A stretch of 64,000 bases of DNA, taken from NCBI RefSeq assembly GCF_009834535.1, contig NC_045707.1, forward strand, positions 11,532,001 through 11,596,000. Reading direction: 5' to 3'. The position numbers were made by a program, and so were the translations under genes. Shown piece by piece: positions 62,990 through 64,000 of the stretch. The notes under the pieces were generated by a model, which had not been told where the DNA came from, did not search any database, and was given only the letters and a program-made list of their open reading frames with translations. How positions within the stretch are numbered: position 1 is the first letter of the stretch; each line of letters begins with the position of its first letter. This DNA is from Camelus ferus (Eukaryota).

Positions 62990-63300
62990 GCGGCTCGGGC
63001 CGGTTGCTGCATCAGGCTTGCTCGTTACGTGCCACAGCCTCCTCTGCCAGCCTCTGTCTCGGCAGCCTCTGTCACTGAGTTGTGGTGACGCCTCTCGCCG
63101 TGATGTGTGTGTGCCTATTTCTCCTTGAGATTTCTCAAGGACAGTCCCTTTTCTGCTGCCGTGGTGACGCTCTTCCTCCTCCGTAACGGGTGCCGCTCCG
63201 CGTGGGTGTGCCCGGGCGGGCCGTGCCAGCCTGGCTTCCGCTGGATGTTGCTTGGTGAGTGCGCACCTCGCCTGCCGTCTTTCTGAGTCATTCTCTTTCT
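62990..63300 (-). mobile_element. Antisense L1 ORF2 relic, heavily GC-shifted
   Basis: aaggacagtccctttctgctgccgtggtgacgc...gcgtgggtgtgcccgggcgggccgtgccagcctggcttccgctgg aligns loosely to recalled L1 gagactgtcctttccccattg...gcgtgggtttatttctgggctctctattctgttccattgg. Confidence 0.45.
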
Positions 63301-63333
63301 GCCTCTTGTCAGCAGCACTGGGTCGCGTCCTCA

Positions 63334-63384
63334 TCTGTCTGTCTGTCTGCCTGTCCGTCTATCTACCTATCTCTGTCTATCTAT
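63334..63384. repeat. (TCTG)/(TCTA) compound tetranucleotide tract
   Basis: tctgtctgtctgtctgcctgtccgtctatctacctatctctgtctatcta. Confidence 0.8.
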
Positions 63385-63659
63385 ACAGAGAGAGGCTTTC
63401 TCGAGCAAGCGTGTTGCCTTGCGCGCTCGGTGGCCAGCGGCACGGCAGGCTGTCCGTCAGGCCCCCTGGCGGAGGGCCCCTGTTGACCCCCCTCCCGCCC
63501 GGCACTCTCGCCTCGCAGGTGACTGATTCGATCCTTCTGCGGTTTAGATGGAATCGTCATTTCTACTCTTGAAGCACTTACACCAGGGTTGCGTAGTATC
63601 TACGCCAAAACTTACACAGCACCGCCTGCCTGAGTGTCTTCAGCTTCCTCGGACACACG

Positions 63660-64000
63660 ACGGAAACGCCCCGGGACGTCAGCGCTGACGGTCTTCCCCC
63701 CCCCCCCCCCCCGCGTCCCAGGGCCTGCCTCGGGAGGCTTCATGGAGACAGAACGAGCCACCCCTCCGCCGCACGCAGGAGCTGAGCAGCTAGAAGGTGC
63801 GACGAAGTTAGGGAGAGCCTGGCGGAGCCCTGCGGAAAGTGTGCCGGGCGTGGAGAAGGGGGAGGACTGGGGCGGGGCGGGCGGGTGCCGGCCGCGGGGC
63901 TGGGACGGGACCGAGCGAGGGGCGAAGGACGCGCCCTCCGCTTCTGTTGCGTTGCTCCCCCTTTAGCGAACGTCTCGGGGGCCTCCCCCCCCCCCCCCCC
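63660..64000. promoter_or_regulatory. Left edge of a possible CpG-island promoter
   Basis: GGGGCGGGGCGGGCGGG GC boxes near 63869-63887, dense CpG, palindrome CGTCAGCGCTGACG 63677-63690; truncated by the window end. Confidence 0.4.

Overview
Mammalian (not prokaryotic) genomic DNA, very GC- and CpG-rich, with one 100-N assembly gap (54919-55018). A tRNA-derived SINE at ~51.4 kb matches the SINE I recall from camelid genomes, so the source is probably a camelid (inference). I recognise no protein-coding exon or gene. The six-frame ORFs are Pro/Gly/Arg/Ala-rich products of base composition, simple-repeat translations or broken L1 ORF1/ORF2 relics. The window reads as intergenic or deep-intronic sequence made of: many old L1 relics on both strands (one nearly full-length at ~3.5-7.7 kb); three ERV1-type solo LTRs (two are the same family, oppositely oriented, each with a clean 4-bp TSD); three MLT1-type MaLR LTRs; MIR fragments; G-rich and other simple repeats; several AT-rich, non-TE islands dense in homeodomain/TALE/GATA motifs that look like developmental enhancers; and a possible CpG-island promoter edge at the right end. 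The most striking signal is a pervasive but patchy A/T-to-G/C shift, with CpG gain, in TE copies of three age classes, plus an excess of poly-G/C over poly-A/T runs. This points to strong local GC-biased gene conversion. I found no convincing novel gene system. All TE family names and consensus comparisons are from memory and need RepeatMasker/Dfam confirmation; TE boundaries without TSDs are approximate.
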